64,000 nucleotides of DNA from an uncultured delta proteobacterium (GTDB lineage Bacteria; Myxococcota; Myxococcia; Myxococcales; Myxococcaceae). The translations under genes were made by a program, and so were the position numbers. The stretch covers positions 384,001 to 448,000 of the forward strand of contig CAVQKE010000001.1 of NCBI GenBank assembly GCA_963713045.1. Direction: 5' to 3'. This document shows, piece after piece, positions 47,817 to 58,284 of the stretch (its first letter is position 1; every line of letters begins with the position of its first letter). The notes under the pieces are model-generated. The model saw nothing but the letters and a program-made list of their open reading frames with translations. It was not told where the DNA came from and did no database searches.

Positions 47817-49940
47817 CTAGAAGGGCGCGGGGGACAACTCCGCCGACAGCGGGGCAGCCGCACGGTGCAAAGCGTCCACCACCTGGGAGACGCTGAGCAA
47901 CTCTGGGAGCACCTCCGGGGAGTCCGGCCGGTGGGGGCTGAAGAGGAGGTACATGGGCACGCCTGCCCGCTGGTGGGCAGCCAGCTCAGCGGCAATTCCG
48001 GCGTCGGGGCGCGTCCAGTCCGCCACCAAAACCCTTGTGCCGGTGACGGCCAGCGCCTGTTGCACCGCGGGGCGGGACAGGACAGCGCCTTCGTTGAATT
48101 TGCAGGTGAGGCACCACTGGGCGGTGAAGTCCACGAAGACCGGCCGGCCGGCGTGCAGCGTCTCGGCGACCGCGTTGGGCGTCCAGTCCGACGCTGAGGT
48201 GTCTGGGACGGAAGCCGTGAAGCGAAGGCTGGCTGCACCGGCGACCAGGACCATGACCGCGGCCGCGGCCCACCCAAGTCCGGCCCTGCCGTCCTGCCAG
48301 CGGCCCCACAGCCACGCGGCACCGGCGATGGCCAGAAGAAACGCGAGGAGGCGCACCATGCCCTGGACGCCGCTGAGGCCGCCCAACACCGAGGCCAGCC
48401 ACACCGCCGTGCCCAACAGCGCAAAGCCCAACAGCTGCCGCAGCCGCTCCATCCACGCCCCGGGGCGCGGCAGCCGGGCGCCCAGCCGCGGCACCAGCAC
48501 CAGGAGGAGGAAGGGCAGCGCCAGCCCCAGTCCCACCAGCAGAAAGACGCACCCCACCACCCAGGCCGGCGCGGCGAAGGCGAAGCCCAGGGCGGTGCCC
48601 AACAGCGGCGCCATGCAGGGGGTGGCCAGCACCACCGCCAACACGCCCTCCGCGGCACTGCGCCAGGTGCCGTGCTGACGGTCCACTGCCTGGACCAGCG
48701 GCTGGCTGGCAACGCCCACGCGGTAGACGCCGAAGAGGTTGAGGGCAAAGGCCACCACCAGCCCAGCCAACGCGGCGACAAACAGGGGCTGTTGAAATTG
48801 GAAGCCCCAGCCCACGGCGTGCCCGGCGGCGCGCAGCCCCAGCACCACGGCGGCCAGCATTTCCAAGGTCAAGACAATGCCCAGCGTGTACGCGACGGCA
48901 TGCCCCGCCGCCTGGCGCCCCTCAGCCTGCGCCGCGCGGAGAAAGCCGTAGGCCTTGAGAGCCAGCACCGGGAAGACGCACGGCATGAGGTTGAGCAACA
49001 GGCCGCCCACAAAAGACAGAAGCAGCACCCACGCCAAGGTGGGCCCGCCTGCGGCCGGCGCCGCGAGGACGCTGCCCAGGGGCAAATTCAACTCCACCGG
49101 CCTTTGCGAAAGGCGCAGCACGCCGCGCAGGAGGAGGGGGCCCGGGCCGGCTTCCGGCACCAGGCGGCCCGTCAACAGAAGCTCGCCGGGGCGCCCTGCA
49201 AGGGCCTCCAAGGCGAAGGCTGACACCCTGGGGACGCGCTCCGGGATGAAGGCGTCTTGGGATGGCAGCGTCACCGGCCGCCCGTCCGGCCCAGAGAGGG
49301 ACAGCTCGGCCGAGAAGCCAGTGCCGGCGCGCAGGACGGCTGGCCTTCGCACGCGAAGCTGCAGGCCGGCCTGACTTTCCGAGACCGGCACCCGACTGTC
49401 GGCCGCGTCCAGAAGCTTAGCCTCCTCGGCGTTGCGGACGGCCTGCGGGCCGACCGCAAGGCGGCGCTCCAACGTCAGCGTCGCCGGAATGCACTCCACC
49501 TCGCACACCAGCACGTCCACCAGGGCCCGCAGGGGCAGGGTCGGCCCTGCGGGGGCTTGCGCCTGGGCGCGGGCAAACAGGACAACGTCCTCGGCGTAGC
49601 CGTAGGTGGTGATGGAGCCGTCCGGGCTGTGCAACACCGTGGGCTCGGGCCATTGCAGCGCACCGACGGTGAGCCCAGGGCCCTGCAGCGCCACTTCGGT
49701 GGCCATGCCCGCCTCTCCGGGGTTGCGCCAGTAGACGTGCCAGCCCGGCGCCATTTGCAGCCGCACGCCCACGCGGAAGCTGCCGCCCGGGGCCAGCTGC
49801 TCCACCTCGGACAGCAGCGTCGCTTCCACCCGGGGCACGCCTTCCACGAAGGCGCCGGCGGCGCTGGAGGGGGCGGGGGCCGCAGGGGCGGCCCACGCCC
49901 AACCAGCAACCAGCAGCGTGGACAGGCCAAAGGGACGCAC
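47817..49940 (-). CDS. DsbD family protein-disulfide reductase
   Basis: WHVYWRNPG, CEVEC, NLMPCVFPVL, LATPCMAP, DFTAQWCLTC; start approximate. Confidence 0.9.
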   Translation of the reverse strand: MRPFGLSTLLVAGWAWAAPAAPAPSSAAGAFVEGVPRVEATLLSEVEQLAPGGSFRVGVRLQMAPGWHVYWRNPGEAGMATEVALQGPGLTVGALQWPEPTVLHSPDGSITTYGYAEDVVLFARAQAQAPAGPTLPLRALVDVLVCEVECIPATLTLERRLAVGPQAVRNAEEAKLLDAADSRVPVSESQAGLQLRVRRPAVLRAGTGFSAELSLSGPDGRPVTLPSQDAFIPERVPRVSAFALEALAGRPGELLLTGRLVPEAGPGPLLLRGVLRLSQRPVELNLPLGSVLAAPAAGGPTLAWVLLLSFVGGLLLNLMPCVFPVLALKAYGFLRAAQAEGRQAAGHAVAYTLGIVLTLEMLAAVVLGLRAAGHAVGWGFQFQQPLFVAALAGLVVAFALNLFGVYRVGVASQPLVQAVDRQHGTWRSAAEGVLAVVLATPCMAPLLGTALGFAFAAPAWVVGCVFLLVGLGLALPFLLLVLVPRLGARLPRPGAWMERLRQLLGFALLGTAVWLASVLGGLSGVQGMVRLLAFLLAIAGAAWLWGRWQDGRAGLGWAAAAVMVLVAGAASLRFTASVPDTSASDWTPNAVAETLHAGRPVFVDFTAQWCLTCKFNEGAVLSRPAVQQALAVTGTRVLVADWTRPDAGIAAELAAHQRAGVPMYLLFSPHRPDSPEVLPELLSVSQVVDALHRAAAPLSAELSPAPF

Positions 49941-50028
49941 GGAGGATGAAACACTTACCGCCGCCGCGGCGTTCCCGCCGGCCCTTTCGCCCGGGGGGGC
50001 GGTGGGGCATGTGGATGCCCGTCTGTCC

Positions 50029-50514
50029 TCAAAAGGTGTGCAGCACGGCCGGCGACAGGGGGATTCTGACTGGACCGCCGGGGAGGCCGAGGACCAGGCC
50101 TTCTTCCGTCTCTTCGAGGAGGGTGCCCAGTGCAGCCTGGGCCTGGCGCGAGAAGCGCGCCTTGGCCCGGCCGGCCTTGACGCGCGCGTTGAGGACGCCG
50201 TCTGCGTCCAGCCGGAGGGTGGAGACGTCCAGCGCTTCGCCCGTCCGGTCGCTGAGGCGGAGAAACACCTGCCTTTCTGCAGCGTCAAGGCCCGTCACCC
50301 AATAGGCAGCGTCCTCCACGGTGACGTAGGCCCAGTCGCTGCCAACGCGCAGCTGAAAGCGGCCGTCCTCGGTGGGCACCAGGCTTTCATTGAAAAGCTG
50401 CACAATTTTGGGATGAACAATGGGCTCGCCGTCGTGGAGCCAGCGGAGCTGTCTGTCCAGGACGAGGCCGCTGTCTTCCCGGGTGTGCCAGCGCGGCAGG
50501 GCTTGCTCGGCCAT
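50029..50514 (-). CDS. DUF1285-like hypothetical protein
   Basis: WLHDGEPI.H, VTVEDA, ARFSR. Confidence 0.7.
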   Translation of the reverse strand: MAEQALPRWHTREDSGLVLDRQLRWLHDGEPIVHPKIVQLFNESLVPTEDGRFQLRVGSDWAYVTVEDAAYWVTGLDAAERQVFLRLSDRTGEALDVSTLRLDADGVLNARVKAGRAKARFSRQAQAALGTLLEETEEGLVLGLPGGPVRIPLSPAVLHTF

Positions 50515-50526
50515 GGTGCCCCCTCC

Positions 50527-51885
50527 CTAGCCCCCCGCGGCGCGCCGGACCAATTCGGTGTAACCGCGAAAGGCGAGTGCCCCCCAGAAGTTGACCAGGA
50601 AGCCCAGGCCCAGAAGCGCCTGGACGCCCAACAGGCGGAAGGACCATCCGCCCACGGCCAGCAGCAGCACCAAGTAGGGCGTCCAGTCCAAGCTGAAGCG
50701 GAAGCCAAACTGCATGTAGCCGGTGTTTTGGTAGAGGAAGCCGGGAAGTGCACTGGCGGCCACCGTCAACCACAGGGGCCAGTGCAGGCGCGGGCGGCGC
50801 CGGGGGAAGAGGAGCAGCACCAAGAAGGGCATGGTGAGCAGGAGCGAGAGGCCGTGCGGGTCATAGCTGAGGTGAAACGGGTGCAGCTGCACCTGGGGCA
50901 GCTTGAGAAAGGCCGCCTCCAGGTTTCTCGGCAGGTAGGCCAGGCTGAACAGGCCGTGGGCGTCAATGTCGGCGTTGACGCGGTTGTTGTAGAGAAAGCG
51001 GTGGCCGAAGTCCGCCGGCGAGCCGAAGCGCACCCAATTGTACCAAGCGGCCGCCAGGGCCAGGGGCGCGGACCCGGCGGCGAAGGCGCCCAGCCGACGC
51101 AGGGCCGGCGCCGGCGTGCGCAGCACTTCGCGCAGCTGGGCGCGGCGGTGCGGGCCTGGGGCCACGGCTTCCAGGAGGAAGAAGACAGCGGTGAAGAGGA
51201 GTGGCGTCCGGGTGAGGGTGGCCATCGACCACAGCACGCCGGCCCGGGCCGGGTGCACGGCGTGGAGGGCCGCTTGTAAGTACAGCACCGTCAACAGCAC
51301 GCCCAGCACCTCGGCGAGAAACCACACCTCTCCGCGGATGGCGCAGCTGAAAAAGAGGGTGCCAAAGCCAAGCGTCAGGGCCAGCACCACATCCTCCTCG
51401 GTGGTGCGGCGCGAGTCCCCGCCGGCCGTCAACTTGCGGCACAGTGCGTAGAAGAGGGCAATGGCCGCGGCGCCGAGGAAGACGCCGAAGCTGGTGTCGT
51501 TGAATTGCCAGCCGTTGACGGCGACGAAGGGCACCATCAACAGCGACGGGAAGGACGGGAAGCTGACGTACCAGCGGTCGGTGGGCCGGGGCGCGCCTTC
51601 GCAGCGCACCTTCTGTCCGGCGCTCTCGCGCACACAGGCCCAGTCCTCGAGGTTGGGTAAGTCCTTCGGGTCGACGTCCAGGCGCCCATCGAGCCAGGCT
51701 TTGGTCGCGTAGACGAAGTGCGGCGCGGCGCTCTGGCGCAGAAAGCGGGGGCCGCTGAAGCAGGCCAGCACCAGCAAGCAGCCGAGGAAGAGGGCGACTT
51801 CGGTCCGGTAGGCGCCAAACATCAACCGCAGTGCGGCCACCGCGCCGACGGCGTGCTGGCTGCGCTCGGCCGCCTTGTCCGTCAC
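50527..51885 (-). CDS. Polytopic membrane protein (GT-C glycosyltransferase-like)
   Basis: ~10 TMs; YNWVRFG, QFGFRFSLD; coupled to cinA. Confidence 0.6.
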   Translation of the reverse strand: MTDKAAERSQHAVGAVAALRLMFGAYRTEVALFLGCLLVLACFSGPRFLRQSAAPHFVYATKAWLDGRLDVDPKDLPNLEDWACVRESAGQKVRCEGAPRPTDRWYVSFPSFPSLLMVPFVAVNGWQFNDTSFGVFLGAAAIALFYALCRKLTAGGDSRRTTEEDVVLALTLGFGTLFFSCAIRGEVWFLAEVLGVLLTVLYLQAALHAVHPARAGVLWSMATLTRTPLLFTAVFFLLEAVAPGPHRRAQLREVLRTPAPALRRLGAFAAGSAPLALAAAWYNWVRFGSPADFGHRFLYNNRVNADIDAHGLFSLAYLPRNLEAAFLKLPQVQLHPFHLSYDPHGLSLLLTMPFLVLLLFPRRRPRLHWPLWLTVAASALPGFLYQNTGYMQFGFRFSLDWTPYLVLLLAVGGWSFRLLGVQALLGLGFLVNFWGALAFRGYTELVRRAAGG

Positions 51886-53138
51886 TGGGACGTCTCCAAC
51901 AGGGCCAGCCGGAGGCTTTCCAAGGCGGCCGCCGCCGAGAAGGTGCGCACCTGCTCGCGGTCGCCAAGAAACCGGTGCTTCTGAAAGCTGGTTCCGCGCG
52001 GGCCGGCCAGGGCGGTAAACACCGTCCCCACCGGCTTCTCTTCACTGCCGCCGTCCGGCCCGGCGATGCCGGTCACCGCCAGTCCCCAGGTGGCGCCGGT
52101 CGCCCGCCGGACGCCCTCCGCCATCTCTCTGGCCACCGCCTCGGAGACGGCGCCGTGGGCCTGTAGCGTCTCGGCGCGCACGCCCACCCAGGCCTCTTTC
52201 ATCGCGTTGGCGTACACCACCGCCCCCCCGGGAAACCAGGCGCTGGCGCCGGGAATGGCGGTCAGCAGGTCCGCGATGCGCCCTCCGGTGCAGCTCTCCG
52301 CCAGCGCCAGTGTTTCCCTGCGGGCGTGCAGCAGCGCTGCCAGCACCGCCGCATGGCCCTGGCCATCCTGGCCAAAAAGGTGCCGACCCAAAACGGCGCG
52401 GCTGGCCTCCTCCGCGGCAGCCAGCGCCGCGTCCGCTTCGGCCTGGGTGCGCCCGTGGGCCAGCAGCTTCAGGTGGTTTTCTGGCGCTTGGGTGCGGAAG
52501 CCGAAGGTGACGTCTGGATGGGCGGCCGCCACGCTGGCCACCCGGGCGTCGAGGTGCGACTCCGGCAGCCCCACGGTGCGCAGCAGCCGGAAGGCGAGGA
52601 AACGCCGGTCCGGGCGCTGCTCCCGCAGCTTGGCAATGCGGGGAAGCACCTCCGCATCCACCAGCTGCCGGTACTCGCGCGGGACGCCCGGGACGAAGAA
52701 GGCCGTCGCCCGGCCCAGCCGGAGGATGAACATCGGCGCGCTGCCATGGGGGTTGAGCACCACCTGCGCTCCGCGCGGAACCAGCGCCTGACGGCGGTTG
52801 TTGGCTGTCACCGTCAGGCCCCGGAGGGCAAAGCGGGCCTCCAGGGCGGCCATCGCCTCACGGCTCTCCACCAGGGGAACGCCCGCGGCCTCGGCTGCCG
52901 AGGCTGCGGTCAAGTCATCGGCGGTGGGCCCCAAGCCTCCGGAGACAAGCACCACGTCCGCCCGCGCGCCGAGGGTCGAAAGCGCCTCGACAATCTCCGC
53001 CTGGACGTCGCCGACGATGGTGGCCCGGGCCACCTGTTCCCCGCAGGCCAACAGCCGCTCCATGAAGTAGGGGCTGTTGGTGTCCACCGTCAGTCCGGTG
53101 AGGAGCTCATCGCCGGTGCAGAGGACTTCGAGGCGCAT
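51882..53138 (-). CDS. cinA: CinA family NMN deamidase-related protein
   Basis: GDELL.G..VDTN, GGLGPTADD, AESCTGG, TGIAGP. Confidence 0.93.
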   Translation of the reverse strand: MRLEVLCTGDELLTGLTVDTNSPYFMERLLACGEQVARATIVGDVQAEIVEALSTLGARADVVLVSGGLGPTADDLTAASAAEAAGVPLVESREAMAALEARFALRGLTVTANNRRQALVPRGAQVVLNPHGSAPMFILRLGRATAFFVPGVPREYRQLVDAEVLPRIAKLREQRPDRRFLAFRLLRTVGLPESHLDARVASVAAAHPDVTFGFRTQAPENHLKLLAHGRTQAEADAALAAAEEASRAVLGRHLFGQDGQGHAAVLAALLHARRETLALAESCTGGRIADLLTAIPGASAWFPGGAVVYANAMKEAWVGVRAETLQAHGAVSEAVAREMAEGVRRATGATWGLAVTGIAGPDGGSEEKPVGTVFTALAGPRGTSFQKHRFLGDREQVRTFSAAAALESLRLALLETSQ

Positions 53139-53176
53139 GGCTTGGGGGGGAACGGCTTTTGAAGGGCAAGGCTTGG

Positions 53177-53998
53177 CTACAGGAAGTCCTGCTCGTCCGC
53201 TTCCTCATCCACCTCGCCGGCCTCGTCTTCCAGCACGCCCACTGCCGGCTGGACGCCGCGCGCGTGGAGGTGCCGGCCAAGCCACAGCCCAGACTCAACG
53301 AAGCCCAAGGCCAGGTAGCCGCAGAAGTACGTCACCAGCACGTAGGCCGGGTGCAGCCGGGTGGCGATGAGGACGCCGCTGATGCAGACGGCGCCAAAAA
53401 TGGAGAGCGACGCGGCATTGAGCCGAAGGTCTTTGAAGGTGCGGTAGCGAAGCGTGGACACCATCAGCAGCGACAGCACGCTCACCACCACCAGGTAGGG
53501 CACCCGGGCCCCCGTCCCCAACTCCCTGCCCCGAGTGAGGTAGTGAGCGATGACCACGCTGACGATGACGCCGGCGGCCAAGGGAATGGGCAGGCCGACG
53601 AAAAACCGCGAGCTCGCCGCCCGCTGCTGCGACAGCACGTTGAAGCGCGCCAGGCGCAGCGCTCCACAGGCCGTGTAGAAAAAGGCCACGAAAATGCCGA
53701 TGAAGCCCAACGGGGCGAGGGCCCATTTGTAGACCAGCATGGCCGGCGCAACGCCGAAGGAGATGACGTCCGCTAGGCTGTCCAGCTCAACGCCAAATTG
53801 GCTCTGGGTCCGGGTGAGGCGCGCCACGCGGCCGTCGAAGCCGTCAAAAAACATGGCGAAGAAAATGGCCAGCGCCGCCTGGTAAAGCTGGGTCGGGGAG
53901 GCGTCACCCGAGCACAGGGTAAGCGCATAGAACCCGCAGAAGATGGAGGTGACGGTGAAGAGGTTGGGCAGGACGAACTTGAGCTTGTGGAGCTTCAT
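53177..53998 (-). CDS. pssA: CDP-diacylglycerol--serine O-phosphatidyltransferase
   Basis: LPNLFT, DGFDGRVAR, GVELDSLAD, RLARFN. Confidence 0.92.
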   Translation of the reverse strand: MKLHKLKFVLPNLFTVTSIFCGFYALTLCSGDASPTQLYQAALAIFFAMFFDGFDGRVARLTRTQSQFGVELDSLADVISFGVAPAMLVYKWALAPLGFIGIFVAFFYTACGALRLARFNVLSQQRAASSRFFVGLPIPLAAGVIVSVVIAHYLTRGRELGTGARVPYLVVVSVLSLLMVSTLRYRTFKDLRLNAASLSIFGAVCISGVLIATRLHPAYVLVTYFCGYLALGFVESGLWLGRHLHARGVQPAVGVLEDEAGEVDEEADEQDFL

Positions 53999-54074
53999 CG
54001 AAGTTCCGGCCGCGGCGCTGCGGGACGACAGTGGACGGCTTCTGCCGGCGGGAGACGGCTTGGGACTATAGCCC

Positions 54075-55220
54075 ATGAATCTTGCCAGCGCTGGAGTGGT
54101 TTTGGTGGCGCTCGGCCTGGCGGCCGCGGTCTACCTGCGCGCCGTCCGGCATACCTACCGGCTGAAGGGCGAGCCACCGCAGCAGCTCTGGGCCCAAACC
54201 CGGGATGGCTGGCGAATTGCCCTCTACCGCAGGACGCCCAGCGTGCGGCGCTTCGGTGAGCCTGTCCTCTTGTGCCACGGGCTGGCCACCAACCATCTCA
54301 ACCTCGACTTTGACGCCCCCTACTCTCTGGCCCGCGCCTTCGCCGAGGCCGGATTCTGCGTCTACAGCTTGGACTGGCGAGGGGCTGGGGCCTCGCGCCC
54401 GCCGTCGGGACGCGGCCGCTTTGACTTCAATGCGGACCACCTCATTCAGCAAGATGCGCCGGCGGTGATGGACGTCCTTTTGAAGGAAACCGGCGCCGAG
54501 GAATGCTTCTGGGTAGGCCACTCCTTGGGTGGGCTGGTCGGCTACGCGGTGTTGGGCGGCGCCGAGGGCCGGCGCCTCAAAGGCCTGTGTGCGCTGGGGG
54601 CTCCGGTGTACTTCCACTACCCGCGCTGGCTCGCTCGCGCGATGCGGGTGTGCACCTGGCTGGCCTGGCCGGTGGCCTTCCGTCAGCGGCTGTTCAGCCT
54701 CGCCTGTGCGCCCTTCATGGGACGGCTGACGTTGCCGCTGTCCGACGTCCTGCTCAACCCCCAGGCCGTCGCGCCCGAGGTGCTGCGAAGCATCTACGCC
54801 AACCTGATTGACTCCATGGGCTACCGGCTGTTGCGCCAGCTCGACGACTGGACAGCCCACGACCGCTTCTGCAGCGCGGACGGCGCCACCGACTACCGCG
54901 CCCGACTGGGCGCCGTCACCCGGCCGGTGCTGGTGCTGGGCGGTACGCGAGACGGGCTGGCCCCTCCGACGGCCATCTCGGCGCAGGCCGCGCTGTTGGG
55001 GACGGCGGACAAGACGGTGATGCTCTTCGGCCGGGAAAACGGCGACCAACTCGACTATGGACATGGCGACTTGCTGTTCGGCCGCGGAGCGCCGAGGGAA
55101 GTGTACCCGCGAATTGTGTCCTGGGTGGCCGAGCGCGCGACGCCGCTGCCGCAGGGCGACAGGCCGCTCCGGCCTGAGGTGGCCGGTGGCGCCACAGGTG
55201 GGCTAGGCCTTCTGCCATGA
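54075..55220 (+). CDS. Membrane-anchored alpha/beta hydrolase
   Basis: LCHGL, GHSLGG nucleophile elbow, YGHGDL. Confidence 0.88.
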   Translation: MNLASAGVVLVALGLAAAVYLRAVRHTYRLKGEPPQQLWAQTRDGWRIALYRRTPSVRRFGEPVLLCHGLATNHLNLDFDAPYSLARAFAEAGFCVYSLDWRGAGASRPPSGRGRFDFNADHLIQQDAPAVMDVLLKETGAEECFWVGHSLGGLVGYAVLGGAEGRRLKGLCALGAPVYFHYPRWLARAMRVCTWLAWPVAFRQRLFSLACAPFMGRLTLPLSDVLLNPQAVAPEVLRSIYANLIDSMGYRLLRQLDDWTAHDRFCSADGATDYRARLGAVTRPVLVLGGTRDGLAPPTAISAQAALLGTADKTVMLFGRENGDQLDYGHGDLLFGRGAPREVYPRIVSWVAERATPLPQGDRPLRPEVAGGATGGLGLLP

Positions 55221-55669
55221 CGTTGCTCGTCCGCCAGGCCACCGACGCTGACCTCCCGGCACTTTTGCCGATGATGGTGGACTTCAACCGCTTGGAGGGC
55301 ATCGCCTGGACGTTCGAGCGGGGCGAGGGCGCGCTGCGAAGCCTCCTCGGCAGCAGCGAGCTCGGCTTCGTCGGCTTGGCCGAGGTGGACCAGGTGCCGT
55401 GCGGCTACTTCGTCCTCACCTTCGGCTTTGACTTGGAGTGGAATGGCCGCGACGCCTTCCTCACCGAAATTTACCTGCGGGCAGAGGCGCGCGGCCGCGG
55501 ACTGGGGCGGCTGCTTCTGGAGGTCGCCGAGGCCACGGCCAAGTCGCGCGGCGCCCGGGCACTGCATTTGATGGTGCGGCCAGAAAACGCCCCGGCACTC
55601 GCCCTCTACCTGAAGCTGGGTTTCCAAGAACCTTCCCGGCGGCTTTTGAGCAAGCCCTTGGGCGAGTAG
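55217..55669 (+). CDS. GNAT family N-acetyltransferase
   Basis: RGRGLGR, NAPALALYLKLGF. Confidence 0.9.
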   Translation: MTLLVRQATDADLPALLPMMVDFNRLEGIAWTFERGEGALRSLLGSSELGFVGLAEVDQVPCGYFVLTFGFDLEWNGRDAFLTEIYLRAEARGRGLGRLLLEVAEATAKSRGARALHLMVRPENAPALALYLKLGFQEPSRRLLSKPLGE

Positions 55670-55723
55670 CTGCCTCGGCCGCAGTCGCCGGTGCCGACAT
55701 AAGGGGCCTGTTGTCCCTTCGGC

Positions 55724-57211
55724 CTAGCGCGGGACCAGACGGGGCGGCGCCGCCAGCCTTTCAACGCACGGCAGGACGGGCAACTCCCCCGTCACCCCCC
55801 AGGCCTGCACCTGCGCGCCGCTCGCGCATTCTGCCCACAACAGGCCCTCGGTGGACCGCGCTTCAAAGGCGCGCAGCACCAACTGGGAATCGCCTTCCAC
55901 CACCGCCCCTGGCCCCTCCGAGGACAGCACCTGCACCTGGCTGGCGGTGAAGTGGGCACGCGTCTCGGCCACCAGCCCGGCGGTGTGGCAGCGCTCCAGC
56001 GTGGCGTTGGACAGCGCCACGTCGGCCCCTTCCGCCGCCCAGACGCACGCCCCGCCCGCGTCGTGGACGGTGAGTTGGTGCAGGCTGGCCCGTCCACCGC
56101 GCAGCTGCAGGCCTTCCCCCCCGCTGCCATTCGGCTCTCGGGTGTGCGCCACCACTGCGTCCGACACCGTGAGGCTGCCATCACGCTGCGAGACGCCGAC
56201 CCCGGCCACTCCGTCCACGTGCAACCCTTCCGCCACCACGTCGGAGGAGACGCATTGGAGGCCGCCCAACGTGCCGGCGGAGAGGATGGTGAGTTGGCGG
56301 AAATGCGCCTTGCTGTTCACCACCCCAACGCCGGCCCGGTCTGCGCGCGTCGAAGTGAAGTCCTCGGCGTCCACCACCGCGTCGGTCCCGGTCAGCAGGG
56401 CGTATTCTTGGCCAACCACCTGCACGCGGCGCAGGACCAGCGTCCCGCCGGCGACGTACAGCCCCGGCCCCCGACCCTCGGAAATGGTGACGTCAGACAG
56501 CTCCGCGCTTCCGCCCCGGAGGCGCAGCGCGGTGACCGAGCCGCGAAAGCCCGTCCGGGCGATGGCCAAGGCCAACGGCGCCTGTGCTTCGACGCCCCGT
56601 CCCCAGGGCCCGTCAAACGTGCAGCCAGACAGCTGGGCCCGGGCCGTGGGCTCGACGTCCAACGCCTCGCCACCGCTGACGCTGGCCTCGAAGCGGCAGT
56701 CCGAGGCCGACAGCGTCCCGCCGGACGCGACGAGGAGGGCCCCCTGGCGTTGCCCGCTGAAGTGCACCTGCGTGAGGCGCAGGCTCCCGCTGGTGTGTAG
56801 CCCCAGCGTGCCACCCTGGATGAGAATCCGCTCCAGGCTGAGGGCGCCCAGGGCCTCCAGCACCGTCACCCCGGCCGGCGCGGTGAGGACGGCCGCGCTG
56901 CCCCCGACGAGGGTGGTGGCGTCCGGGGCAGTGAAGGGGCCGTCGTACAACCCTGGTGCCAGGTGCACCCGCCGGCTGGCGGCAGGCACCGACAGCGCGT
57001 CCTGCAGCCGCCGCAGCGGCCGCGCAGCGCTTCCGTCTCCTCCATCGGCCCCAGAGGCGTCTACCCACACTTCCAGCGCCGGCGGAGCGGCGGGCATGGG
57101 CGCCAATTCAGCCGGCGCACGCGTCCGCTCGCCGGCGCAGGAGTGGACAAGCACCAAGGCGGCTGCGAGCAGCGCCGCCCAACCCCACCACGCGACACGA
57201 CGGGCGCTCAC
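55724..57211 (-). CDS. DUF1565 / right-handed beta-helix lipoprotein
   Basis: Lipobox-like VHSC; WVD...GDGSAARP....DAL; beta-helix periodicity. Confidence 0.75.
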   Translation of the reverse strand: MSARRVAWWGWAALLAAALVLVHSCAGERTRAPAELAPMPAAPPALEVWVDASGADGGDGSAARPLRRLQDALSVPAASRRVHLAPGLYDGPFTAPDATTLVGGSAAVLTAPAGVTVLEALGALSLERILIQGGTLGLHTSGSLRLTQVHFSGQRQGALLVASGGTLSASDCRFEASVSGGEALDVEPTARAQLSGCTFDGPWGRGVEAQAPLALAIARTGFRGSVTALRLRGGSAELSDVTISEGRGPGLYVAGGTLVLRRVQVVGQEYALLTGTDAVVDAEDFTSTRADRAGVGVVNSKAHFRQLTILSAGTLGGLQCVSSDVVAEGLHVDGVAGVGVSQRDGSLTVSDAVVAHTREPNGSGGEGLQLRGGRASLHQLTVHDAGGACVWAAEGADVALSNATLERCHTAGLVAETRAHFTASQVQVLSSEGPGAVVEGDSQLVLRAFEARSTEGLLWAECASGAQVQAWGVTGELPVLPCVERLAAPPRLVPR

Positions 57212-57251
57212 TCTCGCCGGCGAGTGTAGCCGCCCTCCGGGCCGGCGCTGA

Positions 57252-58241
57252 CTACGCGCCCGGTTCGCCCGAGGCCACGGCTTTTGGCTTTTTCCCCTTG
57301 GGGTGCGGCCGTGGGGCGACCAGGACGACGGTGGGCGACGGCGCCCCCACCAATTTGCGGAACTCCCCGAGCGGGTCCCTCGGCACCCCGTCTCTCACAA
57401 ATTCAAAGTGGAGGTGCACCCCGGTGGCCGTGCCGGTGCGCCCGGCCAGGCCCAGCGCATCCCCCGGCTGCACCGGCGTCCCTTCGAGGACGAGGGGAGA
57501 GGCGAGGTGGCTGTAGCGCGTCATCAGGCCACCCGCGTGCTGGATTTCCACTTCATAGCCGTAGCCGGCGGTCCATCCGGCGCGCACCACCATGCCCGCC
57601 CCGGCGGCCAACACTGGCTCATTGGGGTCCGCTGCCAAGTCCACACCAGTGTGCAGCTTCCAGCGGCGCGCAATGGGATGAAGGCGCCTTCCGAAGCGAC
57701 TCGTCACCCGGACGCTGGACAGAGGCCAGCGGTAGCCGCCCGGTCGCACCGTCCTCGGGCTGGTCACTGCGAAGCGTGCGTCCAAGGCGGATAGCCGGGC
57801 CTGCACGCCCTGCAGAAGCGGCTCCGGTAGGTCCTCATAGGCCCGCGCGTCCAGCTCCAACACCGCCTGAAGCAGCGCCCGTGCGGCCGAGACGTCATCC
57901 GCCGATGTGTCTTCTGTCAGAAAGCGCTCGACGTCCGTCTGGACGGCCTCCCAGCGCGCCAGCTGCGCGCTGGACATGACATCTCCGGGCAAGGACGCCT
58001 CGCGCGCCGCCTGGGCTTCGGACACGAAGCCCACCAGCCGCTCGCGCAGGACGGGGCCGGGCAGGGGCTGGAGGGCGAGGGGCTCCACCGTTGGCGGTGG
58101 CGGCGGGGGCAATTGGGCCACCTCCGGCACCCCGTCGTGAAGGCGGCTGGGCTGCTGACGGCTGGACGGCAGCGCCGCCGGCTGAACGGTGGCGCAGCCA
58201 ACCAGGCCGACGGCAAGCAGCGTGGCTCGGGGAAGGGGCAA
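57252..58241 (-). CDS. M23 family metallopeptidase lipoprotein
   Basis: Lipobox LVGC; HTGVD, YSHL, TGVHLHFE. Confidence 0.9.
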   Translation of the reverse strand: MPLPRATLLAVGLVGCATVQPAALPSSRQQPSRLHDGVPEVAQLPPPPPPTVEPLALQPLPGPVLRERLVGFVSEAQAAREASLPGDVMSSAQLARWEAVQTDVERFLTEDTSADDVSAARALLQAVLELDARAYEDLPEPLLQGVQARLSALDARFAVTSPRTVRPGGYRWPLSSVRVTSRFGRRLHPIARRWKLHTGVDLAADPNEPVLAAGAGMVVRAGWTAGYGYEVEIQHAGGLMTRYSHLASPLVLEGTPVQPGDALGLAGRTGTATGVHLHFEFVRDGVPRDPLGEFRKLVGAPSPTVVLVAPRPHPKGKKPKAVASGEPGA

Positions 58242-58284
58242 GACGGCTGCGACTTCTACCTACAGCGGCCCCCCCTGCAAAGGC

